A stretch of 64,000 nt of DNA from the NCBI GenBank assembly GCA_963771355.1, contig CAVYTA010000005.1, positions 768,001 to 832,000 of the forward strand, in the 5' to 3' direction. Shown piece by piece: positions 1 through 7,581 of the stretch (positions are counted from its first letter, which is position 1; every line of letters starts with the position of its first letter). Position numbers and translations under genes: made by a program. The stretch is from an uncultured Candidatus Rokubacteria bacterium (lineage in GTDB: Bacteria; Methylomirabilota; Methylomirabilia; Rokubacteriales; CSP1-6). The notes beneath the pieces are model-generated. The model saw only the letters and a list, made by a program, of their open reading frames with translations, was not told the origin of the DNA and searched no databases.

Positions 1-61
1 GCGACTCCCTCCGCGACGCCCTCGATCCCAAGCTCCGCACCCTGTAGGGGCCTGGAATCGC

Positions 62-90
62 TTGACACTCCTGGGGTGGATTGGTACAAC
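62..90 (+). promoter_or_regulatory. Putative sigma70 promoter for ferredoxin
   Basis: TTGACA (62-67), 17-nt spacer, TACAAC (85-90); SD-like GGGAGG just before ATG 168. Confidence 0.5.
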
Positions 91-167
91 TACGTCGGTT
101 TGTTCGGGCACCGGGCCGGCGAACCCACTGCGATTCCCGGCGGAACCGGTCATTCAGGGAGGCATCA

Positions 168-434
168 ATGACGTATATCATCGCGGAGCCCTGTATCAAC
201 GTGAAGGACAAGGCCTGCGTCGAGGTCTGTCCCGTGGACTGCATCTATGAGGGCAAGGACATGCTCTACATCCATCCGGATGAGTGCATCGACTGCGGCG
301 CTTGCGAGCCCGTGTGCCCGGTGAAGGCGATCTTCGCCGAGGACGAGACACCCGCGAACTGGAAGAACTACATCGAGACGAACAAGCAGTTCTTCAAGGA
401 CAACCCGGGCGTCAAGCCCGCCACCAAGGCCTGA
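168..434 (+). CDS. fdxA: 7Fe ([3Fe-4S]+[4Fe-4S]) ferredoxin, FdxA type
   Basis: MTYIIAEPC-x7-CVEVCPVDC and CIDCGACEPVCP motifs; SD upstream of ATG 168. Confidence 0.93.
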   Translation: MTYIIAEPCINVKDKACVEVCPVDCIYEGKDMLYIHPDECIDCGACEPVCPVKAIFAEDETPANWKNYIETNKQFFKDNPGVKPATKA

Positions 435-460
435 GCGCGGCTCCGGCCGCGCGCGGCACC

Positions 461-488
461 GCGGGGACCTGGAAGCACAGGTCCCCGC
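461..488 (+). terminator. GC-rich hairpin after ferredoxin
   Basis: GCGGGGACCTG-gaagca-CAGGTCCCCGC perfect 11-bp stem; no U-tract. Confidence 0.5.
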
Positions 489-621
489 AAGTATGTCCGG
501 GGCCCGCGCCGCGCCGGTTGCCCTGTGGCGCGGGCATCGCCATCACCGCATTGCACAGACCGCGGTGCATCACTCCGACGTCGGCGACGCCATCCTCGCG
601 AATTCGTGAAGGCCGGAGCGG

Positions 622-636
622 TGGCACGCGCCTTGC
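622..636 (+). promoter_or_regulatory. sigma54 (-24/-12) promoter
   Basis: TGGCAC-GCGCC-TTGC matches TGGCAC-N5-TTGC exactly, 15 nt before ATG 652. Confidence 0.75.
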
Positions 637-651
637 CATTCTCCCCGCCGT

Positions 652-927
652 ATGCGTTCTCAATTGGTCGTCCAAGCGCCACTCCCGCCGCCGCCCGCGC
701 CCAAGCAGGGACCCGGCTTTCACGGGGCGGTGACCGAATTCAAGCGGCGGCTCATCGAGGCCACGCTGGTCCAGCTCGGGGGCAACCGCACGCGCACCGC
801 GCGCGCCCTCGGGCTCCAGCGCACCTATCTCCTGCGCCTCATGCGGGAGTTCGGCGTCAACGTCCCCCGCCGCGACGGGCCCCCGCGCGCGCCCAAGGAG
901 GCGGACGGAGCCGCGAGGCGGCACTAA
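652..927 (+). CDS. Stand-alone Fis-family (HTH_8) DNA-binding protein
   Basis: FKRRLIEATLVQLGGNRTRTARALGLQRTYLLRLMREFG resembles the C-terminal HTH of NtrC-family activators. Confidence 0.85.
   Translation: MRSQLVVQAPLPPPPAPKQGPGFHGAVTEFKRRLIEATLVQLGGNRTRTARALGLQRTYLLRLMREFGVNVPRRDGPPRAPKEADGAARRH
860..906 (+). repeat. Direct repeat copy 1 (3' end of Fis-HTH gene)
   Basis: 40/47 identical to 4641-4687 by manual alignment. Confidence 0.8.
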
Positions 928-1046
928 CTTTTCGATCCCCTCGCGGTTCGGTGTGCTATCTGACGGTCATGCCACCGCCATCGAGCAGTCTTCCGGGGAT
1001 GGGGACGACCCTGGCCTGGCCGGCGTGCTCGGGCAGGGGCGCGAGG

Positions 1047-2708
1047 TCAGCGATACGCAGGGTCGCCGGCGAGGAGGCTGATCCCGCTCAGCCCGGCCGG
1101 CGGCTGACGTCCCAGCAGCTCCGCCATGGCGGGCACGACGTCGAAGGCCGAGCGCACCCCTCGATCGCCAGGCGCGAGCCCGGGTGCTACGACGTAGGCC
1201 ATGCCGTGGCGGCCGGTGTGGCCGCCGGTGCGCCGCAACGCTGCCGGTCCGATCAGGCCCAGGCGCGGATGCTCGAGGGCGGTGGCGACGCCCCGCCAGA
1301 CGACGAGCAGGTCGGATTCGGAGCCGGACAGAGCCAGGGGGTCTCGGGTCGAGGCGCGCTCGATGTCCTCCACCGCCGGCTCGCCGGTGCGAGGATCGCG
1401 GCACTCGCGGAGCAACGTCTCCAGCGCTCGACAGGTTTCCTCGTATCGGGAGGGCTCCACCACGCCGTCCCGCTCTCGGCCGCGCAGGTTGACGCGAATG
1501 CGCCCATCGTAGAAGGAAGGGAGCGCGAAGGCGGGCATCCGGGGCCAGTGCAGCGCGTAGCGGGCGGCCGGCTGCCAGGCGAGATCCAGTCGCGCGCTGG
1601 TGGCGGCTCCTGATTGCCAGCTCGCCGCGCCCGCCCGCGCGCCCTTGAGCGCGGCCTTCACGGGTGCGGGCAGCCATCTCTTCGCCAGCGAGCGGAACCC
1701 ACTGGAGGGCGGCGGCGCCGGCGGCGCCGCCGGCCGGGGAACCCACCCCTTGCTCGACGTCCCCCAGCTGTCTTCCTCGTCCAGGATGGGCACGGCTCGA
1801 GGCGCGGCTGTCCAGGCCCCGGGCACGGTGAGCAAGCCATGGCCGAAGGCGTGACGATAGAGCAGCTCCGGCAGGAGGACCATGGACTGGACGTCGGAGT
1901 GGTTGGGGCCCATTCCCCCCATGGCGAAGGCGACGATTGCCGCGTCTCCGGCCGCTCGGATCAGCTCGCCCACCATTCGATCAAGGGCTCGGTGCACGTC
2001 GAGGACGGCCTTGGTCGCCGCCGTCGCCGAGGGGTGGAGGTGAAGAGGATGGGTGGGATCCACGCCGTGCCACAGCCCTTCCACGGTGCCGTGCACCTCG
2101 CCGGCCACCGCGATGAAGAGGTCCCAGTCGGGGAGCCGCTCCGCCATCAGCCATCGCGCCGCGCGGGTGCGCACGTCGAGGGCGTGGGTGAGCGCCTCCC
2201 CCATCGCCTGGCTGCGCGTCGCCGAAGGCCAGGGGAGTCCGTAGGTCCACGGCGAGGCAGGGTAGCGCCCGAATCGTTCCTCGAACTCGCCCAGCAACCC
2301 GCCGGGACGGCCCGCCGCGACCGTTCCCGGATCGTGAGCGCCCCACGCCACGATCCCGCGGGTCTTCTGCGCGCGGCGGAGGTCCACGTAGGGCGTGTCG
2401 AAGACAACGACGCGCCGGTCGAGACGGCTCCACCATGGGTCGAAGCGGGCGCCCTCCTGCCATACGCGATAGCTGGTCGGATCGAATTCCACCGCGGCCC
2501 AGCGACGGGCCGCGTCGGGCGAGAGCCCGGACGCGACATGCTCCCACGCCAGCCCCGTGCGCTGCGCGGAGCCATGATCGAGCAGGAAGCGCGCCGCGCG
2601 CCGGCGCAACTCGGCGAGGGCGGGCATCTCCCCCGCGGCCATGAGCCGCTCGGCGAAGGTCACCTCCAGGCCATCGAGGCCGATGGCAAGCACGCGCCGA
2701 TCTGGCAT
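1047..2708 (-). CDS. Alkaline phosphatase superfamily / type I phosphodiesterase-nucleotide pyrophosphatase protein
   Basis: N-terminal VLAIGLDG, GRIRVNLRGRE and C-terminal TGGH..G motifs; ATG 2708 with GAGGAG SD. Confidence 0.8.
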   Translation of the reverse strand: MPDRRVLAIGLDGLEVTFAERLMAAGEMPALAELRRRAARFLLDHGSAQRTGLAWEHVASGLSPDAARRWAAVEFDPTSYRVWQEGARFDPWWSRLDRRVVVFDTPYVDLRRAQKTRGIVAWGAHDPGTVAAGRPGGLLGEFEERFGRYPASPWTYGLPWPSATRSQAMGEALTHALDVRTRAARWLMAERLPDWDLFIAVAGEVHGTVEGLWHGVDPTHPLHLHPSATAATKAVLDVHRALDRMVGELIRAAGDAAIVAFAMGGMGPNHSDVQSMVLLPELLYRHAFGHGLLTVPGAWTAAPRAVPILDEEDSWGTSSKGWVPRPAAPPAPPPSSGFRSLAKRWLPAPVKAALKGARAGAASWQSGAATSARLDLAWQPAARYALHWPRMPAFALPSFYDGRIRVNLRGRERDGVVEPSRYEETCRALETLLRECRDPRTGEPAVEDIERASTRDPLALSGSESDLLVVWRGVATALEHPRLGLIGPAALRRTGGHTGRHGMAYVVAPGLAPGDRGVRSAFDVVPAMAELLGRQPPAGLSGISLLAGDPAYR

Positions 2709-2781
2709 CGTCCGAGTCTCCTCGACATGCAGTCTAACGCAACCTGGACGTCGCCGCGGGACGGGGCTCCGGCTCGGCCCC

Positions 2782-2872
2782 GCTGACCCCCCATGCTGAC
2801 CCCCCATGCTGACCCCCCATGCTGACCCCCCATGCTGACCCCCCATGCTGACCCCCCCATGCTGACCCCCAT
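2782..2872. repeat. Tandem array of 7 units GCTGA(C)5-7AT
   Basis: Five 13-bp units (C6), one 14-bp (C7), one 12-bp (C5); the last unit supplies the AT of the GT2 start codon. Confidence 0.97.
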
Positions 2873-3812
2873 GGATGTCTCCGTTGTCGTCTGCACCTAC
2901 AACCGCGCCCCGTCACTCGGCCTCACCCTCCGATCCCTCGATGTCCAGGTCACGCCCGACCTCACGTGGGAGGTCGTGGTCGTCGACAACAACTCGGCCG
3001 ATGCCACCCGCACCGTGGTGGACGCGTTCGCCGCTACGGCACGGATCCGGGTGCGGTATCTCTTCGAGCCGCGCCAGGGCCTGAGCCATGCGCGCAATAC
3101 CGGGATCGCCCATGCCAGGGGCGCCATCCTCGCCTTCACCGACGACGACGTGCGCCCGGGTCCGGACTGGGTGGGTGGACTGACCCGCGCCCTGCGGGAG
3201 ACGGGCGCGGACATCGTCGGTGGGCGCATTCTTCCCGCCTGGGACCACCCGCCTCCGCCCTGGCTGGTGGCCCGCCCATTCCTTCGCGGTCCCCTCGCCA
3301 TCATGGAGCACGCGGTGCCTGGACCCGTGGTGGAGGCCACCGGGATCCCCAACGTCTGGGGAGCCAACATGGCGTTCCGGCGAGAGGTGTTCGACCGCGT
3401 CGGGCTGTTCGACCCGAGGCGGGGTGTGACGGGGCGGAAACTGTACCGGGGCGAGGAGGTGGAGCTGGTGAGGCGAGCGCTGGCCGCCGGCTGCCGGGTG
3501 GTCTACGACCCTCGCGTCGTGGTCTGGCATCGCATCGCGGCCCGCCGGATCCGCCGGCGGTATATCTCCCGGCTCTACTTCGACTGGGCCGAGGGCAATG
3601 TCCTCGCTCAGGCTCCGCCCCCGGGCCGCCTGCTACTCGGCGTGCCGCCCTCTCTGTATCGAAGAGCGGCCCACCGGCTCGGCGGCTGGCTATGGGCCGC
3701 GGCCCGCCAGCGTCCGGACACGCTGGATCGATGGCTCGAGAGCTGCGAGGCCGCCGGGTGCGTCTGGGGACTGTGGAAGCATCGCTTCAAGGGCCCGGCG
3801 AGGCCGAGCTGA
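2871..3812 (+). CDS. Glycosyltransferase family 2
   Basis: SVVVCTYNR, VVVDNNS, GLSHARNTG, FTDDD (DxD), GANMAFRR motifs. Confidence 0.92.
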   Translation: MDVSVVVCTYNRAPSLGLTLRSLDVQVTPDLTWEVVVVDNNSADATRTVVDAFAATARIRVRYLFEPRQGLSHARNTGIAHARGAILAFTDDDVRPGPDWVGGLTRALRETGADIVGGRILPAWDHPPPPWLVARPFLRGPLAIMEHAVPGPVVEATGIPNVWGANMAFRREVFDRVGLFDPRRGVTGRKLYRGEEVELVRRALAAGCRVVYDPRVVVWHRIAARRIRRRYISRLYFDWAEGNVLAQAPPPGRLLLGVPPSLYRRAAHRLGGWLWAAARQRPDTLDRWLESCEAAGCVWGLWKHRFKGPARPS

Positions 3813-3838
3813 GGTCCGCCTCGCGGGCTCGCCTCCGA

Positions 3839-3860
3839 GGCGGTGCTATGGCGGTGCTAT
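3839..3860 (+). repeat. 11-bp tandem duplication overlapping a -10 element
   Basis: GGCGGTGCTAT x2, running into TG-c-TATAAA (3858-3863). Confidence 0.8.
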
Positions 3861-3870
3861 AAATGAATGC

Positions 3871-4641
3871 GTGGCCCTGAAGAGAGCGCAGAGCGCGAAT
3901 CAGGTCAAGGCATGGCGCCGGGCCCGGCGCGCGCAGCTCGTGGCGCGGCGGTTGGCGGTCGGTGCCGCCACGCGGCGGCGCTGGAGCGCGACCATCGTCG
4001 ACTTCCTGCGCACGGGCTTCCCCTCGCTGGCGGCGAGGACCACCATCGGTGTCTATGCGCCATTCCGTGGGGAACCCGACGTGCGCGCCGCCGTCGATCA
4101 CTGGCGCCGGGCCGGCGCGACCACGGCGCTGCCGGTGGTGGTGTCGCCGGGCGCGCCGCTCGAATTCCGGGCCTTTGGGCCGGGCGTTCGCATGCGCAAA
4201 GGGGTATTCGGGCTGCCCATCCCGCAAGGAAGCCCGGTGGTGACACCGCAGGCGCTGCTCATCCCGTCGGTCGGCTTCGATGCCGCCGGCTACCGACTCG
4301 GTCATGGCGGCGGCTATTTCGACCGCACCCTGGCCGCACTGGCCCCGCCACCGCTCAAGATCGGGATCGCGTTCGAGCTGTCTCGGATCGCCACCATCCG
4401 ACCCCAGGCGCATGACATCGCGATGGATTTCATCGTGACGGAAGCCGGCATCCACGCGGTCACCGCGGCCGGACTCGAGCTCGTCAGCGACAGCCGTCGG
4501 ATCGGTGCGATCACCCGTGCGCTGCGGACCAGGCGCGGCGGCCGGGTCATCGCGCCGGCGCCAGCCGATGTGGTCGCCGACGAGGTCCGTGGGTGCGCGT
4601 CGCCGCCGTGCTATGCGCATGAGTTCGGGCTTGACGACTGA
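3871..4641 (+). CDS. 5-formyltetrahydrofolate cyclo-ligase
   Basis: YAPFRGEPD, GFDAAGYRLGHGGGYFDRTL, HDIAMDFIVTE; GTG 3871 start inferred. Confidence 0.88.
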   Translation: MALKRAQSANQVKAWRRARRAQLVARRLAVGAATRRRWSATIVDFLRTGFPSLAARTTIGVYAPFRGEPDVRAAVDHWRRAGATTALPVVVSPGAPLEFRAFGPGVRMRKGVFGLPIPQGSPVVTPQALLIPSVGFDAAGYRLGHGGGYFDRTLAALAPPPLKIGIAFELSRIATIRPQAHDIAMDFIVTEAGIHAVTAAGLELVSDSRRIGAITRALRTRRGGRVIAPAPADVVADEVRGCASPPCYAHEFGLDD

Positions 4642-4687
4642 CGTCCGCCGCCGGGACGGGCCGCCGCACGCGCCCAAGGACGTTGAC
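4641..4687 (+). repeat. Direct repeat copy 2 (orphan 3' end of Fis-HTH gene)
   Basis: Encodes DVRRRDGPPHAPKDVD versus NVPRRDGPPRAPKEAD in copy 1. Confidence 0.8.
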
Positions 4688-4712
4688 ACCCACCGCGCAC
4701 CCGCCCGACAAT
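4683..4712 (+). promoter_or_regulatory. Putative sigma70 promoter for thiolase (leaderless geometry)
   Basis: TTGACA 4683-4688, 18 nt, GACAAT 4707-4712; GTG start at 4719. Confidence 0.55.
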
Positions 4713-4718
4713 GATTGC

Positions 4719-5846
4719 GTGAGTGACGTCTGGATCGCCGGGGCCGGCATGACGCGCTTCGGGCGGCGCAGCGAGAGTCTTCCGGATCTCATGGCCGAGG
4801 CCGCCCAGCTGGCGCTGGCGGATGCCCGGATCGAGCGGCCGGACGCCATCGTGGTGGGGGCCATGAACCCCGAGGAGTTCACGGGGGACGGAAACCTGGG
4901 GTCCCTGATCAATACCCACCTGGGCCTGAGCCAGTCACCCGCCCTGCGAGTGGAGACCGCGACCTCGTCCGGACTCGCCGCCCTCTACGCAGGATTCGCC
5001 GGGATCGCCGCCGGCTTGCATCGGAGCATCCTGGTGGTGGGCGGCGAGAAGATGACCCATGTGTCCACGCCCCGGGCGTCGGAGATCATCGGGCGCTCCA
5101 TCGACCCCCACGAGCGGCGCTACGGCACCACCATGCCGGCGCTGGCCGGCCTGATCACGCGCGCCGCCATGCACAAGCACGGGCTCACGCTGAAGGAGTT
5201 CTCGCAGGTGGCGGTGAAGAACCACGCCAATGCAAGCCGCAATCCCTACGCGCATTTCCAGGAGCCGGTGTCGCTGGAGGAGGTCATGGAGAGCCGCATG
5301 GTGGCCGATCCCCTGCGTCTCTACCATTGCTGTCCCATCTCGGACGGCGCCGCGGCGGTGGTGCTGAGCGCCGATCCCACGCCGGTGCGGGTGGCGGGGA
5401 TCGGGCAGGGAACGGATACCATCGCCGTCCGCTATCGCTCCGATCTCACTTCCTTTCGCGCCACGCGGGTCGCGGCGCAGGCGGCCTATCGCATGGCGGG
5501 CTTCGGCCCGGAGCGCGTGGACGTCGCCGAGCTGCACGACGCGTTTTCACCGTTCGAGATCATCTCGCTCGAGGACACCGGCCTGATCCCCGTCGGCAAG
5601 GCGGGGCGGGCCACGCTCGAGGGGCAGACGGCGCTCGACGGCCGGCTGCCCGTGAATCCCTCGGGTGGGCTCAAGGCGCGGGGCCATCCGCTGGCCGCCA
5701 CCGGCATCGGGCAGCTGGTCGAGCTGACCTGGCAGCTGCGCGGTGAGGCGGGCTCACGTCAAGTCGACGCAAGGGTCGGGCTCGTCCAGTCCATCGGCGG
5801 GCTCGCCACCAACAACTGGATCGTCCTCCTGCAGGCCGGACGGTGA
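4719..5846 (+). CDS. Thiolase family protein (SCP2/archaeal-type)
   Basis: AGMTRFG, GGEKMT, CCPISDGAAA, AELHDAF, NPSGGLKARGHPLAATG. Confidence 0.9.
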   Translation: MSDVWIAGAGMTRFGRRSESLPDLMAEAAQLALADARIERPDAIVVGAMNPEEFTGDGNLGSLINTHLGLSQSPALRVETATSSGLAALYAGFAGIAAGLHRSILVVGGEKMTHVSTPRASEIIGRSIDPHERRYGTTMPALAGLITRAAMHKHGLTLKEFSQVAVKNHANASRNPYAHFQEPVSLEEVMESRMVADPLRLYHCCPISDGAAAVVLSADPTPVRVAGIGQGTDTIAVRYRSDLTSFRATRVAAQAAYRMAGFGPERVDVAELHDAFSPFEIISLEDTGLIPVGKAGRATLEGQTALDGRLPVNPSGGLKARGHPLAATGIGQLVELTWQLRGEAGSRQVDARVGLVQSIGGLATNNWIVLLQAGR

Positions 5847-6274
5847 TCGAGACCACCCTGCCCGCTTCCCGGTGTCCGCGCTGCCGGCGGCTCATCGTCC
5901 CGCCCGCGGCCCGTTGCCCCGACCACGGCGATCGGATGGAGGCGGCCGGGGTGCCGAACACGGGGGAAGTGGTGTCCTTCACTTCCCTGCATTCGCCTCC
6001 CGAAGGCTTTCGGTCGCCGCTGCACATCGCGCTGGTCGAGCTGGAGGGCGGCGCGCGGCTCTTCTGCCACGGAGAAGAGACGCGCGGGGTGAAGATCGGC
6101 TCGCGGGTGGCGGTGGAGAACGTGGATTCGGTGTTCTATTTCTCGCACATGGGGTACGCGGACCGGGCGCGGATGTTCTGGCGGCGCGCGGGAGCCCGCG
6201 GTGAGAAGGTCGCCGCCATCAGCAAGAGCCTCGTGCAGGGACTCTTCAAAGGGAGATCGCGTGGCCAAGGCTAA
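5843..6274 (+). CDS. DUF35 Zn-ribbon/OB-fold protein, thiolase partner
   Basis: CPRC..CPDH ribbon, GEVVSFT, ALVELEGG; GTGA overlap with the thiolase stop. Confidence 0.85.
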   Translation: MIETTLPASRCPRCRRLIVPPAARCPDHGDRMEAAGVPNTGEVVSFTSLHSPPEGFRSPLHIALVELEGGARLFCHGEETRGVKIGSRVAVENVDSVFYFSHMGYADRARMFWRRAGARGEKVAAISKSLVQGLFKGRSRGQG

Positions 6275-7517
6275 GTCTCGTTCGCTTGCGAGGAAGAGGC
6301 GGGCGCCGGCGGCGCGTCGCGCCGTTCCGTCCCGGCCGCCCCTGGCCGGCATCCGCGTGGTCGACCTCACCCGCGTGCTCGCGGGGCCCTTCTGCGCCAT
6401 GGCGCTCGGCGACATGGGGGCGGAGGTGATCAAGATCGAGGAGCCCGGCAAGGGCGACGACACGCGCGGCTGGCCGCCCTTCGCGGGCGGTGAGGCCACC
6501 TACTTCATGGCGGTGAACCGCAGCAAGCAGAGCCTCACCCTGAACCTCAAGGCGAAGGAGGGTCAGGCCATCCTCCGCGGCCTCATCGCGCGGGCCGACG
6601 TGGTGCTGGAGAACTTTCGCCCGGGGACCATGGAGCGGCTGGGCTTCGGCTACGACTCGCTCCGGAAGACGAACCCGCGCCTGGTGTACTGCTCGATCTC
6701 GGGCTTCGGCGAGAGCGGGCCCGAAGCCTCACGGCCCGGGTACGACCTCATCGTGCAGGGTGAGTCGGGGGTGATGGACCTCACCGGCTTCGCGGACGGC
6801 CCGCCGGTCAAGGTCGGCAACTCCATCGCCGACCTGGTGGCCGGCCTGTCCGCCGCGCACGGCATCACGCTGGCGCTCCTGTCCCGCGCGCGCAGCGGGA
6901 AGGGTCAGAAGGTCGAGATCGGCATGCTCGACCAGATGGCGGCGCTGCTGACCTATCAGGCGGGGCTCTACTGGAACGGCGGCGGCCGGCCCGCGCGGCG
7001 GGGGAACGCGCACCCGTCCATCGTCCCCTACGAGGTGTATCAGGCGAAGGACGCCTATCTCACCCTCGGCGTGGCCAACAACTCGCTCTTCGAGCGGTTC
7101 TGCGGCGCGCTCGGCCGGCCGGAGCTGGCCCGGGACCCGCGCTTCGACACCGAGGCCAAGCGCGTGGCCAACCGGGACACGCTCAATCCGATCCTCAACG
7201 CCGAGCTGGGCACGCGTCCGGCGGCCGAGTGGCTGGAGCGCTGTGACAAGGCCGGCGTCCCCGCGGGGAAGATCAAGACGGTGGCCGAGGTGTGCGAGAG
7301 CGAGCATCTCAAGGCGCGGGGCATGGTGGTCTCGCTGCCGCATCCCAAGGCCGGCGCGGTCACCATGATGGGCGTGCCCATCCGGCTCGGGGACACGCCG
7401 GGGGCGGCGACGATCCCCCCGCCGCTGCTGGGCCAGCACACCGAGGAGATCCTGACCGGGCTCCTTCGCTACCCGCGCGCCAAGGTGGCCGCGCTGCGCG
7501 CGGCGGGAGTGGTGTAG
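6261..7517 (+). CDS. CaiB/BaiF family III CoA-transferase
   Basis: PLAGIRVVDLTRVLAGP, ENFRPG, GYDLIVQGESG, PPLLGQHT; GTG 6261 with GGGAG SD. Confidence 0.93.
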   Translation: MAKAKSRSLARKRRAPAARRAVPSRPPLAGIRVVDLTRVLAGPFCAMALGDMGAEVIKIEEPGKGDDTRGWPPFAGGEATYFMAVNRSKQSLTLNLKAKEGQAILRGLIARADVVLENFRPGTMERLGFGYDSLRKTNPRLVYCSISGFGESGPEASRPGYDLIVQGESGVMDLTGFADGPPVKVGNSIADLVAGLSAAHGITLALLSRARSGKGQKVEIGMLDQMAALLTYQAGLYWNGGGRPARRGNAHPSIVPYEVYQAKDAYLTLGVANNSLFERFCGALGRPELARDPRFDTEAKRVANRDTLNPILNAELGTRPAAEWLERCDKAGVPAGKIKTVAEVCESEHLKARGMVVSLPHPKAGAVTMMGVPIRLGDTPGAATIPPPLLGQHTEEILTGLLRYPRAKVAALRAAGVV

Positions 7518-7543
7518 GCCCGCTCCGGCCCGCGGCGGGAAAC

Positions 7544-7572
7544 TTGACTCCCCTCGGGGCCTTCCCCATGAT
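7544..7572 (+). promoter_or_regulatory. Putative sigma70 promoter for cimA
   Basis: TTGACT-N17-CATGAT, 9 nt before ATG 7582. Confidence 0.55.
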
Positions 7573-7581
7573 GGGTGACCC

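Noticed and set aside
928..1046. Plus-strand ORF from ATG 969 after a -10-like TGCTATCT
   Set aside because: It runs antisense into the phosphodiesterase gene with no recognisable motif; at most a relic.
2782..2872. Possible CRISPR array
   Set aside because: Units are contiguous 12-14-mers without unique spacers, and no cas genes are present.
3812..3870. 6S RNA upstream of the cyclo-ligase (common ssrS-ygfA synteny)
   Set aside because: The gap is under 60 nt, too short for 6S RNA.
930..4640. Autonomous mobile element
   Set aside because: No integrase, transposase or terminal inverted repeats; only the flanking direct repeat is supported.
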